DNA of 64,000 nt, from the NCBI GenBank assembly GCA_024640345.1, contig JAHEFD010000001.1, forward strand, positions 18,288 through 82,287, written 5' to 3'. Within the stretch, counting starts at the first letter, position 1. Every line of letters starts with the position of its first letter. The notes under the pieces were generated by a model. It had not been told where the DNA came from. It ran no database searches and saw only the letters and a program-made list of their open reading frames with translations. The position numbers and the translations under genes were made by a program. The stretch is from Woeseiaceae bacterium. GTDB taxonomy: Bacteria; Pseudomonadota; Gammaproteobacteria; Steroidobacterales; Woeseiaceae. Of the stretch, positions 28,729 through 37,970 are shown piece by piece.

Positions 28729-29952
28729 TTAGTTCCCCATACCAGGCAGTGCCCGATTATCCTCGGCGAGGCAATTCGCCTCCCTGACGTCGCCATGCAG
28801 CATGCGATCGCGGAACTTCGTGTGCCGCCATTCCCCGATCCAGTGCTCGGGGTCAGTCATGATGAAATCCATCTTCAACGTGTTGCCGTCATTGATCATC
28901 GAAATACGTTCAGTAATCTTGAGCTGGTTGCCCGTAAAGATGCCCTGCTGGATCAGGTGGTTCTCGTCTGTAAAACCCTCCGTTTCAACCACCAGTGTGT
29001 CGCCTTCCCAGTGGCCCAGTGACTCACCGTTCCAGTTGGGATCGCGCAGATTCGCCGGTTGACGCTCACGGCCATCGAGAAAAATCACGCGATACTCGTT
29101 GTTGAGCCTGGAGACCATGAAGATTGCTGTCGGGTACTGCAGCATCATCATGGATCCGAATCGTGTCATAAGTCTCGGCATGCCGGCCGGATAACAGAAA
29201 GCCGTTGGCTCGGCGTAGCGCTCTCCTTTGGTCGCATAACTGAGGTATTCGTCGTAGATCCGCTTTCCTTTCTCCGTGAATTCCGGGTGAGGTTTGAATT
29301 CGTAGCGACCATAATGCGGCTGCTCCGAGTCTTCACCCCGAAACGCCCAGGTGCCGGTAAGATCAAACGGTGGTTTTGGCCTGGGCTTGGCCAGGTTCTC
29401 GGCATCAAGGGCGCCGAGTACCGGATTCGCAGCCTTCGAGGGAATCGGCAGCTGCGGCGGCCGTGTTCGCGCTTCGCGCTTTTGCCATGTGTCACCAGCC
29501 GGTGGTGGAACATAGGGCGTCAGCGACGGGATTTGTTGCGGTACCTCTTCCGCTACGGTCGGGGTTTCCGCATATTCCATGCCGAACGTTTTGCCATTTG
29601 CGAGTGTCATTCCCTGCAATAGCCCGCCGGGTTTTCCCGACTTCAGTGGATTAATCAGAACCGTGATCTTGTCGCCTACGGACAGGGAATCGCGCGTAAA
29701 TCCATTCGTGACCATTTCTGTCGGGCTGCCACCCTCAATCAGCCACGGCTCCGACTTGCCATCTTTCTCGACGTCAATGGTGATGCTCAGGTGAGGGTTT
29801 CTCCAGACAAACTTCGCGACTGTACCGGATACAGTCGTCGTTTCGCTTCTGTCGAAAGCAACCGCAGAGTGGTGAGCCGGGGCGATCCGCGGCCAACTGA
29901 GGACCGACATCACGAGGATTGTTAGGAGCTTATTTTGGGCTGACAGGTGCAT
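28729..29952 (-). CDS. Secreted two-domain protein, paralog of 27708..28724
   Basis: ATG at 29952 (GTG alternative at 29982). Signal ...VLSWPRIAPA is followed by HHSAVAF, then WRNPH. C-terminal HWEGDTLVVETEGF. Confidence 0.7.
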   Translation of the reverse strand: MHLSAQNKLLTILVMSVLSWPRIAPAHHSAVAFDRSETTTVSGTVAKFVWRNPHLSITIDVEKDGKSEPWLIEGGSPTEMVTNGFTRDSLSVGDKITVLINPLKSGKPGGLLQGMTLANGKTFGMEYAETPTVAEEVPQQIPSLTPYVPPPAGDTWQKREARTRPPQLPIPSKAANPVLGALDAENLAKPRPKPPFDLTGTWAFRGEDSEQPHYGRYEFKPHPEFTEKGKRIYDEYLSYATKGERYAEPTAFCYPAGMPRLMTRFGSMMMLQYPTAIFMVSRLNNEYRVIFLDGRERQPANLRDPNWNGESLGHWEGDTLVVETEGFTDENHLIQQGIFTGNQLKITERISMINDGNTLKMDFIMTDPEHWIGEWRHTKFRDRMLHGDVREANCLAEDNRALPGMGN

Positions 29953-30163
29953 TTTCTCTTTCCCGCAAGGTTTTTGATACACGACAATGGATCGAGTATG
30001 TCACACAGATGCGCGACTTTCCGACGGTCCGTGCGTCGCTGTTGCACATTACAAAACACGCCGTTTTGACCGCATGCCCGGTATTTCGGTTCCTGCCCGT
30101 ATTGACGTGGATTGGCCAAAATAGGCTATCCTCGGCTCATCGATACCTAACCTGGTCATTTCA

Positions 30164-31393
30164 GTGAAAACCAATCGAAGACGTTTCCTTGCCGGATTAA
30201 GTGCGGTGGCACCGCTTGGCAGCATTATGTCGCAGAGCAGTATGGCAGCCGATGCGAGGGCAGCTGTAACACCCGACTATTTTGCCGACCTGGGGGTAAA
30301 GCCGTTTATCAATGCCATCGGCCCCTATTCATCGCTGGGCGGTAACGAAATGTGGCCGGAAGTCATCGAAGCGATGGATTACGCTATTCGAAACAAGGCA
30401 AAGATGACCGATCTTCATGATGCGGTCGGACTGCGTATCGCCGAACTGACCGGCGCGGATGCCGCTATGGTTTCCTCGGGCGCAACCGGCGCGATCATCC
30501 TGGGCACGGCAGCCTGTATGACAAAGGGCGACGAGGAAAAGATCGAACGCATTCCGGACACGTCGGGCATGCCCAACGAAGTGCTTATCCTGAAAAGTCA
30601 GCGTTACATGTACGACCGCTCGATAAAGGCACCCGGCGCGCTGCTCGTGGAAGTCGAAACTGAGGATGATATCCGCGATGCCATCAGCGACAAAACAGCA
30701 ATGATGTTCTACCTGCTGAATCGACCGGACGACCTCAAAATCGATGTCGACGATTACATCGCGCTGGGGAAGGAGTATGACATCCCGATCTTCTGCGATG
30801 CAGCGACCACGGTGCCGCCGGTCAGCGGCATCAGGTCGACCGTAGAAAAAGGTTTCGACCTCGTCTGCTATTCAGGCGGCAAAGGATTGCGAGGGCCATA
30901 CAGTGCGGGACTGTTACTCGGCAGGAAGGATCTTGTGCGATTCGCGCGCATGAATGGCTCACCGAATCATCGTGCCTATGGCAGGAGTATGAAAGTCGCA
31001 CCTGAGGAATACCTTGGCATGATGGTCGCTGTCGAAACGAGCCTGAAATTCGATGAAGAGGTCGAGTACGACCGCCAGTTGAAATCAGTCAATGCGATGG
31101 GCCGGGAACTCGTAAGACTACCCGGCGTTACCGTAGAGACCGCGGTGCCAAATGCTGAGGCACGTGAACCCTATATTGAAGTGCAATGGGATAAGCGTAT
31201 CTACGATGTCAGTGTTGCCGACCTGAAGCAGGCGCTGCGGGATGGTGAACCATCAATCGAGGTCAGGGCGCTGTTCCTGTCAAACAATCAACTGCACCTG
31301 ACAGCTGTTGCCTTAAAGAGTGGCGAGGCCGAAATCGTAACCAGGCGGGTCACGGAAATACTGAATTCCCGCCGTACCGGGGTGGAGGCGTAA
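30164..31393 (+). CDS. Tat-signal SelA-like (fold-type I) PLP-dependent enzyme
   Basis: GTG start. Twin-arginine motif NRRRFLAGLSAVAPLG...AADA. PLP-lysine region CYSGGKGLRGPYSAGLLLG resembles SGDKLLGGPQAG of the SelA/DgaE family. Confidence 0.7.
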   Translation: MKTNRRRFLAGLSAVAPLGSIMSQSSMAADARAAVTPDYFADLGVKPFINAIGPYSSLGGNEMWPEVIEAMDYAIRNKAKMTDLHDAVGLRIAELTGADAAMVSSGATGAIILGTAACMTKGDEEKIERIPDTSGMPNEVLILKSQRYMYDRSIKAPGALLVEVETEDDIRDAISDKTAMMFYLLNRPDDLKIDVDDYIALGKEYDIPIFCDAATTVPPVSGIRSTVEKGFDLVCYSGGKGLRGPYSAGLLLGRKDLVRFARMNGSPNHRAYGRSMKVAPEEYLGMMVAVETSLKFDEEVEYDRQLKSVNAMGRELVRLPGVTVETAVPNAEAREPYIEVQWDKRIYDVSVADLKQALRDGEPSIEVRALFLSNNQLHLTAVALKSGEAEIVTRRVTEILNSRRTGVEA

Positions 31394-32599
31394 ATGGCCA
31401 GGAGACGCACGGTTTTAAAATCCATTGCCGGGGCATTCTCGTTGCCCATGCTGGGTACAGCCGGTGCTGCGGCGACAATGAAGCCGGCGGCACGTGACTA
31501 TTTTCGTGAGCTTGGACTGACGCGCTTCATCAACGCGGCCGGCGCCTATTCTGCCTACGGAGGCGCAAGAATGCGCCCCGAAGTGGTCGAGGCCATGCGC
31601 TACGCCGCAAACAACAAAGTGAAGATGAAAGAGCTCCATGATGCAGTCGGTGAGCGCATTGCCGAACTTGTCGGGGCAGACGCGGCCATGGTGACGTCCG
31701 GAGCAACGGCATCGATCGTGCTCGGAACCGCGGCATGCATGACACTTGGAGACGAAGACCAGATGCGGCAGTTGCCTGACACGACGGGCATGAAGAATGA
31801 AATTATCATTCAGAAGAAGCACAGGTACACCTATGACCGGTCGCTGACGGTTGCCGGAGCGAAGCTTGTCGAAGTCGAGAATGAAAGCGATGTTCGTCGA
31901 AAGGTTTCTGACAGGACGGCGATGATGTTTTTCCTTCAACCGACGCAGGATGGCGATAACATTCCTGCGGCCAGTTACATCGAGCTCGCGCAGGAACTCG
32001 GCGTGCCTTCGTTTTGCGATGCTGCAACAACGACTCCGCCGGCCCGGAATGTCGTTGATGGTGTTAGCACCGGGTTCGACCTGATCTGTTATTCGGGCGG
32101 CAAGGGATTGCGCGGTCCGTACAGTGCCGGTTTGCTCCTTGGCAGGAAAGACCTGATCGGGTACGCACGTCGTCACTCCGCGCCGAACGATATATCGATC
32201 GGTCGTGGCATGAAGGTGTCCGCAGAGGAGTATCTCGGCATGCTTGTCGCCCTGGAGGCGGGACTGCGTGTTTCCGAGGCTGATGATTTTGCTTACAAGA
32301 ACGAACGCTTCCGCAGGATCATCGCAGAACTGGATGACGTGCCAGGAGTCCGCACGAAAGTGTTTGTATCAGAGGGGCACGCGAAGGAGCTCTATCTCGA
32401 TATCGATTGGGATACCGACATCATCGCCATGAGTCCACAGGATCTCGTCGAGGAATTACGTAACCACGATCCCTCTGTCGAAGTTCGGCTTTTTATTTTC
32501 TCCGGTGGCAGGATTCAGCTTTCAGCGACGGTCATGGATGAAGGCGAGGATGAACTCGTCGGACAGATTATTCGCGGGATATTGTTGTCGCATGCCTGA
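31394..32599 (+). CDS. Tat-signal SelA-like PLP-dependent enzyme, tandem paralog
   Basis: ATG directly after the upstream TAA. MARRRTVLKSIAG... twin-Arg motif. Same CYSGGKGLRGPYSAGLLLGRKDL motif and collinear similarity to 30164..31393. Confidence 0.7.
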   Translation: MARRRTVLKSIAGAFSLPMLGTAGAAATMKPAARDYFRELGLTRFINAAGAYSAYGGARMRPEVVEAMRYAANNKVKMKELHDAVGERIAELVGADAAMVTSGATASIVLGTAACMTLGDEDQMRQLPDTTGMKNEIIIQKKHRYTYDRSLTVAGAKLVEVENESDVRRKVSDRTAMMFFLQPTQDGDNIPAASYIELAQELGVPSFCDAATTTPPARNVVDGVSTGFDLICYSGGKGLRGPYSAGLLLGRKDLIGYARRHSAPNDISIGRGMKVSAEEYLGMLVALEAGLRVSEADDFAYKNERFRRIIAELDDVPGVRTKVFVSEGHAKELYLDIDWDTDIIAMSPQDLVEELRNHDPSVEVRLFIFSGGRIQLSATVMDEGEDELVGQIIRGILLSHA

Positions 32600-33680
32600 A
32601 GTGGAAGGCAAGGCAGCAACAAACGGCGACAGGATGCTGGCAGAGATCGTACTGCCGGGACGACCGCTAAAGGAGACGCTGGCGTTCTTTACGGAAGAAC
32701 TCGGCTTCCGGGTTGATTCAATCTATCCCGCAGACTCGCCCCGGGTGGCCGTGGTCTCAGCGCACGGCGTTCGTCTTCGCCTCGACACCGATGCCCAAAC
32801 CGACCCCGGCGTAGTCCGAATGGCTCGTGGCGATATGGTTGGCGGGGAGTATGTGGTTGCCCCGAATGGTACGAAAATAGACTTTTTTCCGGCAGAGCAA
32901 CCGCTCACGATACCGATTCCCCGCCCGTCCCTCGCTATTCTGAATCCGGGCGCTGGTGCCGGCTTCGGAGAGGGCCGCGCCGGGATGCAGTACCGCGACC
33001 TTATTCACGATCGTTTCGGCGGCAGTTTCATTGCATCGCACATACGTATAAAGGACGGTGGGCCGGTCGCCGATTATGTGCACCATCATCACATCCGTTT
33101 CCAGATGATATTCTGCGTGCGCGGCTGGGTGAGCGTGGTGTACGAAGACCAGGGACCACCGATCCTGCTTGAAGCGGGTGATTGCTTCCTCCAGCCGCCA
33201 CACATTCGACATCGCGTACTGGAGTCGTCAGACAACATGGAGGTTGTCGAGATTGCCTGCCCGGCTGAACATGAAACCTGCGTCGATCATGAAATGGAAC
33301 TGCCGACAGGCTCGGTGAATCCTGATCGCGATTTCGGTGGGCAGAAATTTGTATTTCACGATGCGAGTGAATCACCCTGGCTCTCATGGCACGTCCCCGG
33401 ATTCGAATACCAGGACACGGGTATCGATGAGGCGACAAACGGTATCGCTTCCGCAATTGTCATCAGGGCGAGCGGTGAGATAGCAACGTTACCGTTAGGT
33501 CATGATGCGGAGCTTCGATTTCTGTTTGTCCTTCAGGGCAAAGCGTCTTTCGTGCATAAGAAGCATGTTGACGCTCTCGGGCAGAACAGCTCATGTGCGA
33601 TCCCTGGCGATCTTGCCTGCGAGCTCACCGACATCTCGGCGGACTTCAGAATGCTTGAAGTATTTGTTTCCAGCCGATAA
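32592..33680 (+). CDS. Cupin-domain protein (VOC-like N-terminus plus two cupin-like modules)
   Basis: ATG at 32592 overlaps the upstream gene by 8 nt. HHHHIRFQMIFCVRGW...PPHIRHRV cupin-like His pattern. No signal peptide. Confidence 0.6.
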   Translation: MPEVEGKAATNGDRMLAEIVLPGRPLKETLAFFTEELGFRVDSIYPADSPRVAVVSAHGVRLRLDTDAQTDPGVVRMARGDMVGGEYVVAPNGTKIDFFPAEQPLTIPIPRPSLAILNPGAGAGFGEGRAGMQYRDLIHDRFGGSFIASHIRIKDGGPVADYVHHHHIRFQMIFCVRGWVSVVYEDQGPPILLEAGDCFLQPPHIRHRVLESSDNMEVVEIACPAEHETCVDHEMELPTGSVNPDRDFGGQKFVFHDASESPWLSWHVPGFEYQDTGIDEATNGIASAIVIRASGEIATLPLGHDAELRFLFVLQGKASFVHKKHVDALGQNSSCAIPGDLACELTDISADFRMLEVFVSSR

Positions 33681-35040
33681 CCAGGTCTATCAATACAATG
33701 ATAAGGGCCGTCGGTGCGAGATAGCGGTTCGTGATGCGCCAGTACGTCTTCCACCCGGCCGTGTCACCGCTGAATTCCTCGTCGATGACAATCTTGCGCA
33801 CAACCCAGCCCGCGAACAGTGCGATCAGGAGCGCATTGACCGGTGCCAGAACGTTGGCCACCGTGAAGTCGGCAATTCCAAAAAAGTTCTTGTCAACTCC
33901 GATGAAGGCGAGGGGTCGAAAATCTGCCAGGAAGCTGAATGAGAATACCGAGCCAAGCCCGAATACCCAGACAGCAGCGCCTGCGACCATCGCCATCTGC
34001 CGGCGTTTGCCGGGCCTTCGCTCTTCGAGCCAGGCGACAACCGGTTCGAGCATGCCAAGCGCCGACGTGTAGGCGGCGAACAGCAGCAAGATGAAGAAAA
34101 GGGTGCCAATGATATGCCCGCCGGGCATATTGCCGAAGGCAATCGGCAGCGTGACAAAAATCAGTCCGGGCCCTTCCGCGGGATCGAGCCCGCTCGCAAA
34201 TACGATCGGAAAGATGGCGAAGCCCGCGAGTATTGCGGCCAGCGTATCGCCGATGCAGACCACGGTTACCGATGTTCGAAGCGAGTAATCCCTTGGCATG
34301 TAGGACGCATAGGTAATCATCAGTCCGACGCCGATACCCAGCGAGAAAAGCGCCTGGCCCAATGCGACCAGGAAGGATTCGCCGGTGAGGGCGCTGAAAT
34401 CCGTGCTGAACAGGAATCTCGCGGCGGCGCCGAAGTCTGCACTGATCAGCCCATAAATGACGATCACGATAATCACGCCGAACAGTGCCGGCATCAGGAT
34501 CTTTGAAGCCTGCTCGATTCCCTTGTTGATTCCACGCGCAACAACCCACACGGTTGCCGCGACAAACAAGCCATGCAGCATCGCCTGGTAGGCTGGCCGG
34601 TCTATGCGGGTACCGAATGTACTCTGCGAGCTTGCCGCATCAAAGCCGCTGAACCCATTGCTTGCAGCGAGTCCCAGGTAGTCTATTGCCCAGGCAGCGA
34701 CTACGGCGTAATAACTGAGACCAATGAACGGTACGAGAAGGCTAAGCCATCCGATCGAGCGCCAGAACCCGTTGGCGTTCTCAGAACGAACGAGCGCAGC
34801 AATCGCGTTGACAGGACTGCGGTGTCCGCGGCGGCCGAGCATCATTTCACCGGCCATCAGCGGTACGCCGAGCAAAAATACAAATCCCAGGTAGATGATC
34901 ACGAAACCACCGCCGCCGTATTCGCCGGCGATATAAGGAAAACGCCAGAGATTTCCCAGCCCGACAGCGCCTCCGATGGCTGCTAACAGGAATGCCGGGC
35001 GACTCGACCAGGAATTGGTAGTTTCGTTCGCTATTGCCAT
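33646..35040 (-). CDS. Sodium-dependent transporter, NSS/SNF family
   Basis: GLGNLWRFPYIAGEYGGG signature, about 12 TM segments. Confidence 0.9.
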   Translation of the reverse strand: MAIANETTNSWSSRPAFLLAAIGGAVGLGNLWRFPYIAGEYGGGGFVIIYLGFVFLLGVPLMAGEMMLGRRGHRSPVNAIAALVRSENANGFWRSIGWLSLLVPFIGLSYYAVVAAWAIDYLGLAASNGFSGFDAASSQSTFGTRIDRPAYQAMLHGLFVAATVWVVARGINKGIEQASKILMPALFGVIIVIVIYGLISADFGAAARFLFSTDFSALTGESFLVALGQALFSLGIGVGLMITYASYMPRDYSLRTSVTVVCIGDTLAAILAGFAIFPIVFASGLDPAEGPGLIFVTLPIAFGNMPGGHIIGTLFFILLLFAAYTSALGMLEPVVAWLEERRPGKRRQMAMVAGAAVWVFGLGSVFSFSFLADFRPLAFIGVDKNFFGIADFTVANVLAPVNALLIALFAGWVVRKIVIDEEFSGDTAGWKTYWRITNRYLAPTALIIVLIDLVIGWKQILQAF

Positions 35041-35231
35041 CGGTCACTCCTCTGCTGCTGTATCGAATTTCAGTTTCGTCGTGACCGCACGGGTCGCAAA
35101 TGCCGGTACGCCAGGCGAATCCATGGCGATACCTTTCGTCAGGTTCATATAGTCTGGTCTTGCTCCGGACAAGTGTAGCCCCAGCAGATAGAATTAGTCA
35201 CTCTCTTAAAGTCGTGCCGTATGAGGAAGCA

Positions 35232-36833
35232 ATGAAAAGCAGGATAGTTACGCCAGGCATCGTGGTGCTTCTTATGCAGCTTACCGCCTGTGCGCCTCCA
35301 GCGGGCGAAACAGCTTCCGTGACGGTCGATACGCTTATTACCGGCGGCCTTGTCTACGATGGTTCGGGAGAATCACCTGGTTTGCTCGATATTGGTATCA
35401 GCGAAGGAAGGATTTCGTTCATCGGCGACGCAGTGGCGGCGGACATATCGTCGCCGGACGTTATCGATGCGAAGGGACTTTGGGTAACGCCGGGGTTCAT
35501 CGATGCACACAGTCATGCCGAGCTGGATGAGGACTACGGCAAGGATGCCCTGCCGTATCTCTACCAGGGAATCACGACCGTTGTGCTCGGCCTGGATGGT
35601 GATGGCACGAGTGACATTGGTGATCGACTGGCGTCCTGGGAAAAGAACGGCATTGGCGTAAATGGAATCGCCTTCGTCGGCCACGGCTTCATGCGCAGCG
35701 CGGTGATTGGTAGAGAAGATCGTGACGCTACGCCCGATGAACTTGAAGAAATGCGCGGGCACGTCAGGAAGGCGATGGAAGAGGGTGCGTTCGGGCTATC
35801 AACGGGTCTCTTTTATGTACCCGGGACCTATGCATCAACCGACGAAGTCATTGCACTGGCACAGGAAGCTGCCAAATTTTCAAATGCGATCTACGACACC
35901 CATGACAGGGACCTTGGAGCGGTCTACGAGGGAGTCGGCTACGACGCCTCGGTCGAGGAAGGGATCAGGATAACCGAGGAGTCCGGACTGCGCGGAATTT
36001 TCAGCCACTACAATCTCCAGGGTGCGCACAACTACGGGCGTGCCGATGTCGGTGCACGACTCCTGAATGATGCCCGCGATCGCGGAGTGGATATCTGGGC
36101 GGCACAACATCCGTATACTGCGACTCAAAGCAATCTGCGTTCTTACACAATTCCGGATTGGGCCTCAGCAGGCAGCCGCGAGGAAATGATCGCTCGATTC
36201 GACAATCCGGAAACGGCTGCGGAAATCATCGCTGCGACCAATGCAATGCTCGAGATACGTGGTGGAGCCGACAAGATTCTGTTCGCAGATCCTCGCCCGG
36301 ATCTGAACGGAAAGACGCTGGCGGATGTTGCAGCCGAGAGAGAGCTTTCGCCGGCCGAAACTGCGCAATGGATTCTTCGCGACAGCAACGCCGTCGTAAT
36401 GAACCTCGAGCTCTACGATCATAACAATACGCGGCTCCTGGCAAAGGAACCGTGGATGATGACCTGCACCGATGGCCGTACCCCGCGGCCAGATCAACCG
36501 ATAACACACCCTCGAACGTTTGGTGCATTTCCGAAAAAGATGCGTCATTTCGTTTTCGAAGAAAAGCTCCTGGCGCCTGAATTCGTGATTCGAAGTTTTT
36601 CCGGACTCGCTGCCGATTTTTACCGGCTTCCGGATCGTGGCTATCTTCGCGAAGGCTATGCGGCCGATATCGTGGTGCTGGACCCGGAAACGTACCGGGA
36701 CAAAGCGACGTTCGGAGAGCCGCAACAATATGCCACCGGCATCGAACAGTTATTCGTCAACGGGCAATCAGCTATCCGCGACGGAAAGTCGACAGGCGCG
36801 CTGGCCGGCGTGCCGATCAGGAGGCCGCGGTAA
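35232..36833 (+). CDS. N-acyl-D-amino-acid deacylase (D-aminoacylase) family amidohydrolase, lipoprotein-like
   Basis: ATG after AGGAAG. LMQLTACAPP. GGLVYDGSG...IDAKGLWVTPGFIDAHSHAE pattern. Confidence 0.75.
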   Translation: MKSRIVTPGIVVLLMQLTACAPPAGETASVTVDTLITGGLVYDGSGESPGLLDIGISEGRISFIGDAVAADISSPDVIDAKGLWVTPGFIDAHSHAELDEDYGKDALPYLYQGITTVVLGLDGDGTSDIGDRLASWEKNGIGVNGIAFVGHGFMRSAVIGREDRDATPDELEEMRGHVRKAMEEGAFGLSTGLFYVPGTYASTDEVIALAQEAAKFSNAIYDTHDRDLGAVYEGVGYDASVEEGIRITEESGLRGIFSHYNLQGAHNYGRADVGARLLNDARDRGVDIWAAQHPYTATQSNLRSYTIPDWASAGSREEMIARFDNPETAAEIIAATNAMLEIRGGADKILFADPRPDLNGKTLADVAAERELSPAETAQWILRDSNAVVMNLELYDHNNTRLLAKEPWMMTCTDGRTPRPDQPITHPRTFGAFPKKMRHFVFEEKLLAPEFVIRSFSGLAADFYRLPDRGYLREGYAADIVVLDPETYRDKATFGEPQQYATGIEQLFVNGQSAIRDGKSTGALAGVPIRRPR

Positions 36834-36847
36834 CAGTAATGGGCGTC

Positions 36848-37930
36848 TCAGTCAGTTCTTAGTACTTCGCTCTGTTGCTGCAGCAGCTGCGCGGGCGCTA
36901 TGACATGGTGCTCGAGAAGATCATAGAGATTTCGGATATGCGCTCGACGCCCGTCGCCCGGCAGGCTGCTGGATGTCGTTACAACCACGAGTGACAGCTC
37001 CGGCACAAGCAGGATGAACTGGCCGCCATAGCCCCACGCGAAACTTGTACGCAAGCCGGCCATCTCGCGTACCCACCAGCCGTAACCATAGAAACGGCCC
37101 TTTTCGCGAGCCGACTCGGCCAGCGGCTGAAGCGACGTTTGTATCCAGGATTCCGGGATGATCTGTCGTCCGTTGACCTGGCCGTTGTTGATATAGAGTT
37201 CGCCAAACGCAAGCATCTGGCGTGGCGTCAATTCCATGTTGTTGCCGCCGAAGTAGACACCCTTCGGGTCCTGCGGCCACGCAGCCAGGTGAAATCCCAT
37301 CGGGCGACCAAGAACCTCGCGGGCAAATGTCAGCGTGGACTTGCCCGTCGCCTCGGTCAGAATTGCCGACAGCAGGTGTGTGTTGCCGGTGCTGTATTGC
37401 AGTTTCGTTCCAGGCGTCGATAGAAGAGGCTGCTCGAGTGCGTAGCCGATCCAGTCGTTACTTAAGACCCATGCGCCGTAATTATAAAAGCTCGTCGTTT
37501 CCAGTCCCGCCTGCATCGATAGCAGGTTACCGATCGTGATGTTGTTTTTCCGGGTATCAGTACGGGTTGGCAATAACTCGCCGTAAAAATCGGAAATGGG
37601 CTGGTCAAGTCCGGCCACATAGCCTTTGTCGATCGCAATTCCCACGAGGGCTGACATGATCGACTTCGAAACTGACTTTACGTTGGTAGTTCGGTCTGCG
37701 GTGGAGCCGTTGAAATATTTTTCGACAGTCAGCTCGCCCTTGTAGCTAATGAGCAAGCTCCGCAAGCGAGGCATTTGCTCCGCGGTTCGCAGCGCTTCGG
37801 TGAATAACTGATCGTCAATCGATACGCGGTCGTCAGCAGAAGTGTTTTCCGCTGCCAGCGTAGCCGCAAGTAAAAACCATATCACGCTGAAAGTGCGTGA
37901 ACGACTTGCCGTCGAGAGGGGGTTTTTCAT
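36848..37930 (-). CDS. Beta-lactamase-fold serine hydrolase (class C / D-aminopeptidase-like), secreted
   Basis: Signal peptide. SxxK motif VKSVSKS and downstream YSTGN. Confidence 0.8.
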   Translation of the reverse strand: MKNPLSTASRSRTFSVIWFLLAATLAAENTSADDRVSIDDQLFTEALRTAEQMPRLRSLLISYKGELTVEKYFNGSTADRTTNVKSVSKSIMSALVGIAIDKGYVAGLDQPISDFYGELLPTRTDTRKNNITIGNLLSMQAGLETTSFYNYGAWVLSNDWIGYALEQPLLSTPGTKLQYSTGNTHLLSAILTEATGKSTLTFAREVLGRPMGFHLAAWPQDPKGVYFGGNNMELTPRQMLAFGELYINNGQVNGRQIIPESWIQTSLQPLAESAREKGRFYGYGWWVREMAGLRTSFAWGYGGQFILLVPELSLVVVTTSSSLPGDGRRAHIRNLYDLLEHHVIAPAQLLQQQSEVLRTD

Positions 37931-37970
37931 TGTTATGCCCCGGTGTCAGTTAGCAGGAGTTGGCAGCAGC

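Noticed and set aside
31415-32176. 253-aa minus-strand ORF inside SelA-like paralog 2
   Set aside because: It is an antisense shadow of a gene whose paralog relationship and PLP motif validate the plus frame. It is Arg-rich and low in complexity.
30164-32599. Reading the SelA-like genes as genuine selenocysteine synthase (selA)
   Set aside because: Both carry twin-arginine export signals and are duplicated in tandem. They are shorter than canonical SelA, and no selB, selC or selD context or in-frame TGA selenoprotein gene is visible in the window.
33893-34549. 218-aa minus-strand ORF in an alternative frame within the NSS transporter gene, plus the plus-strand ORFs 34114..34506 and 34573..34986
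   Set aside because: The transporter frame carries the GLGNLWRFPY signature and a 12-TM pattern. The alternatives are Arg/Gly-rich artefacts.
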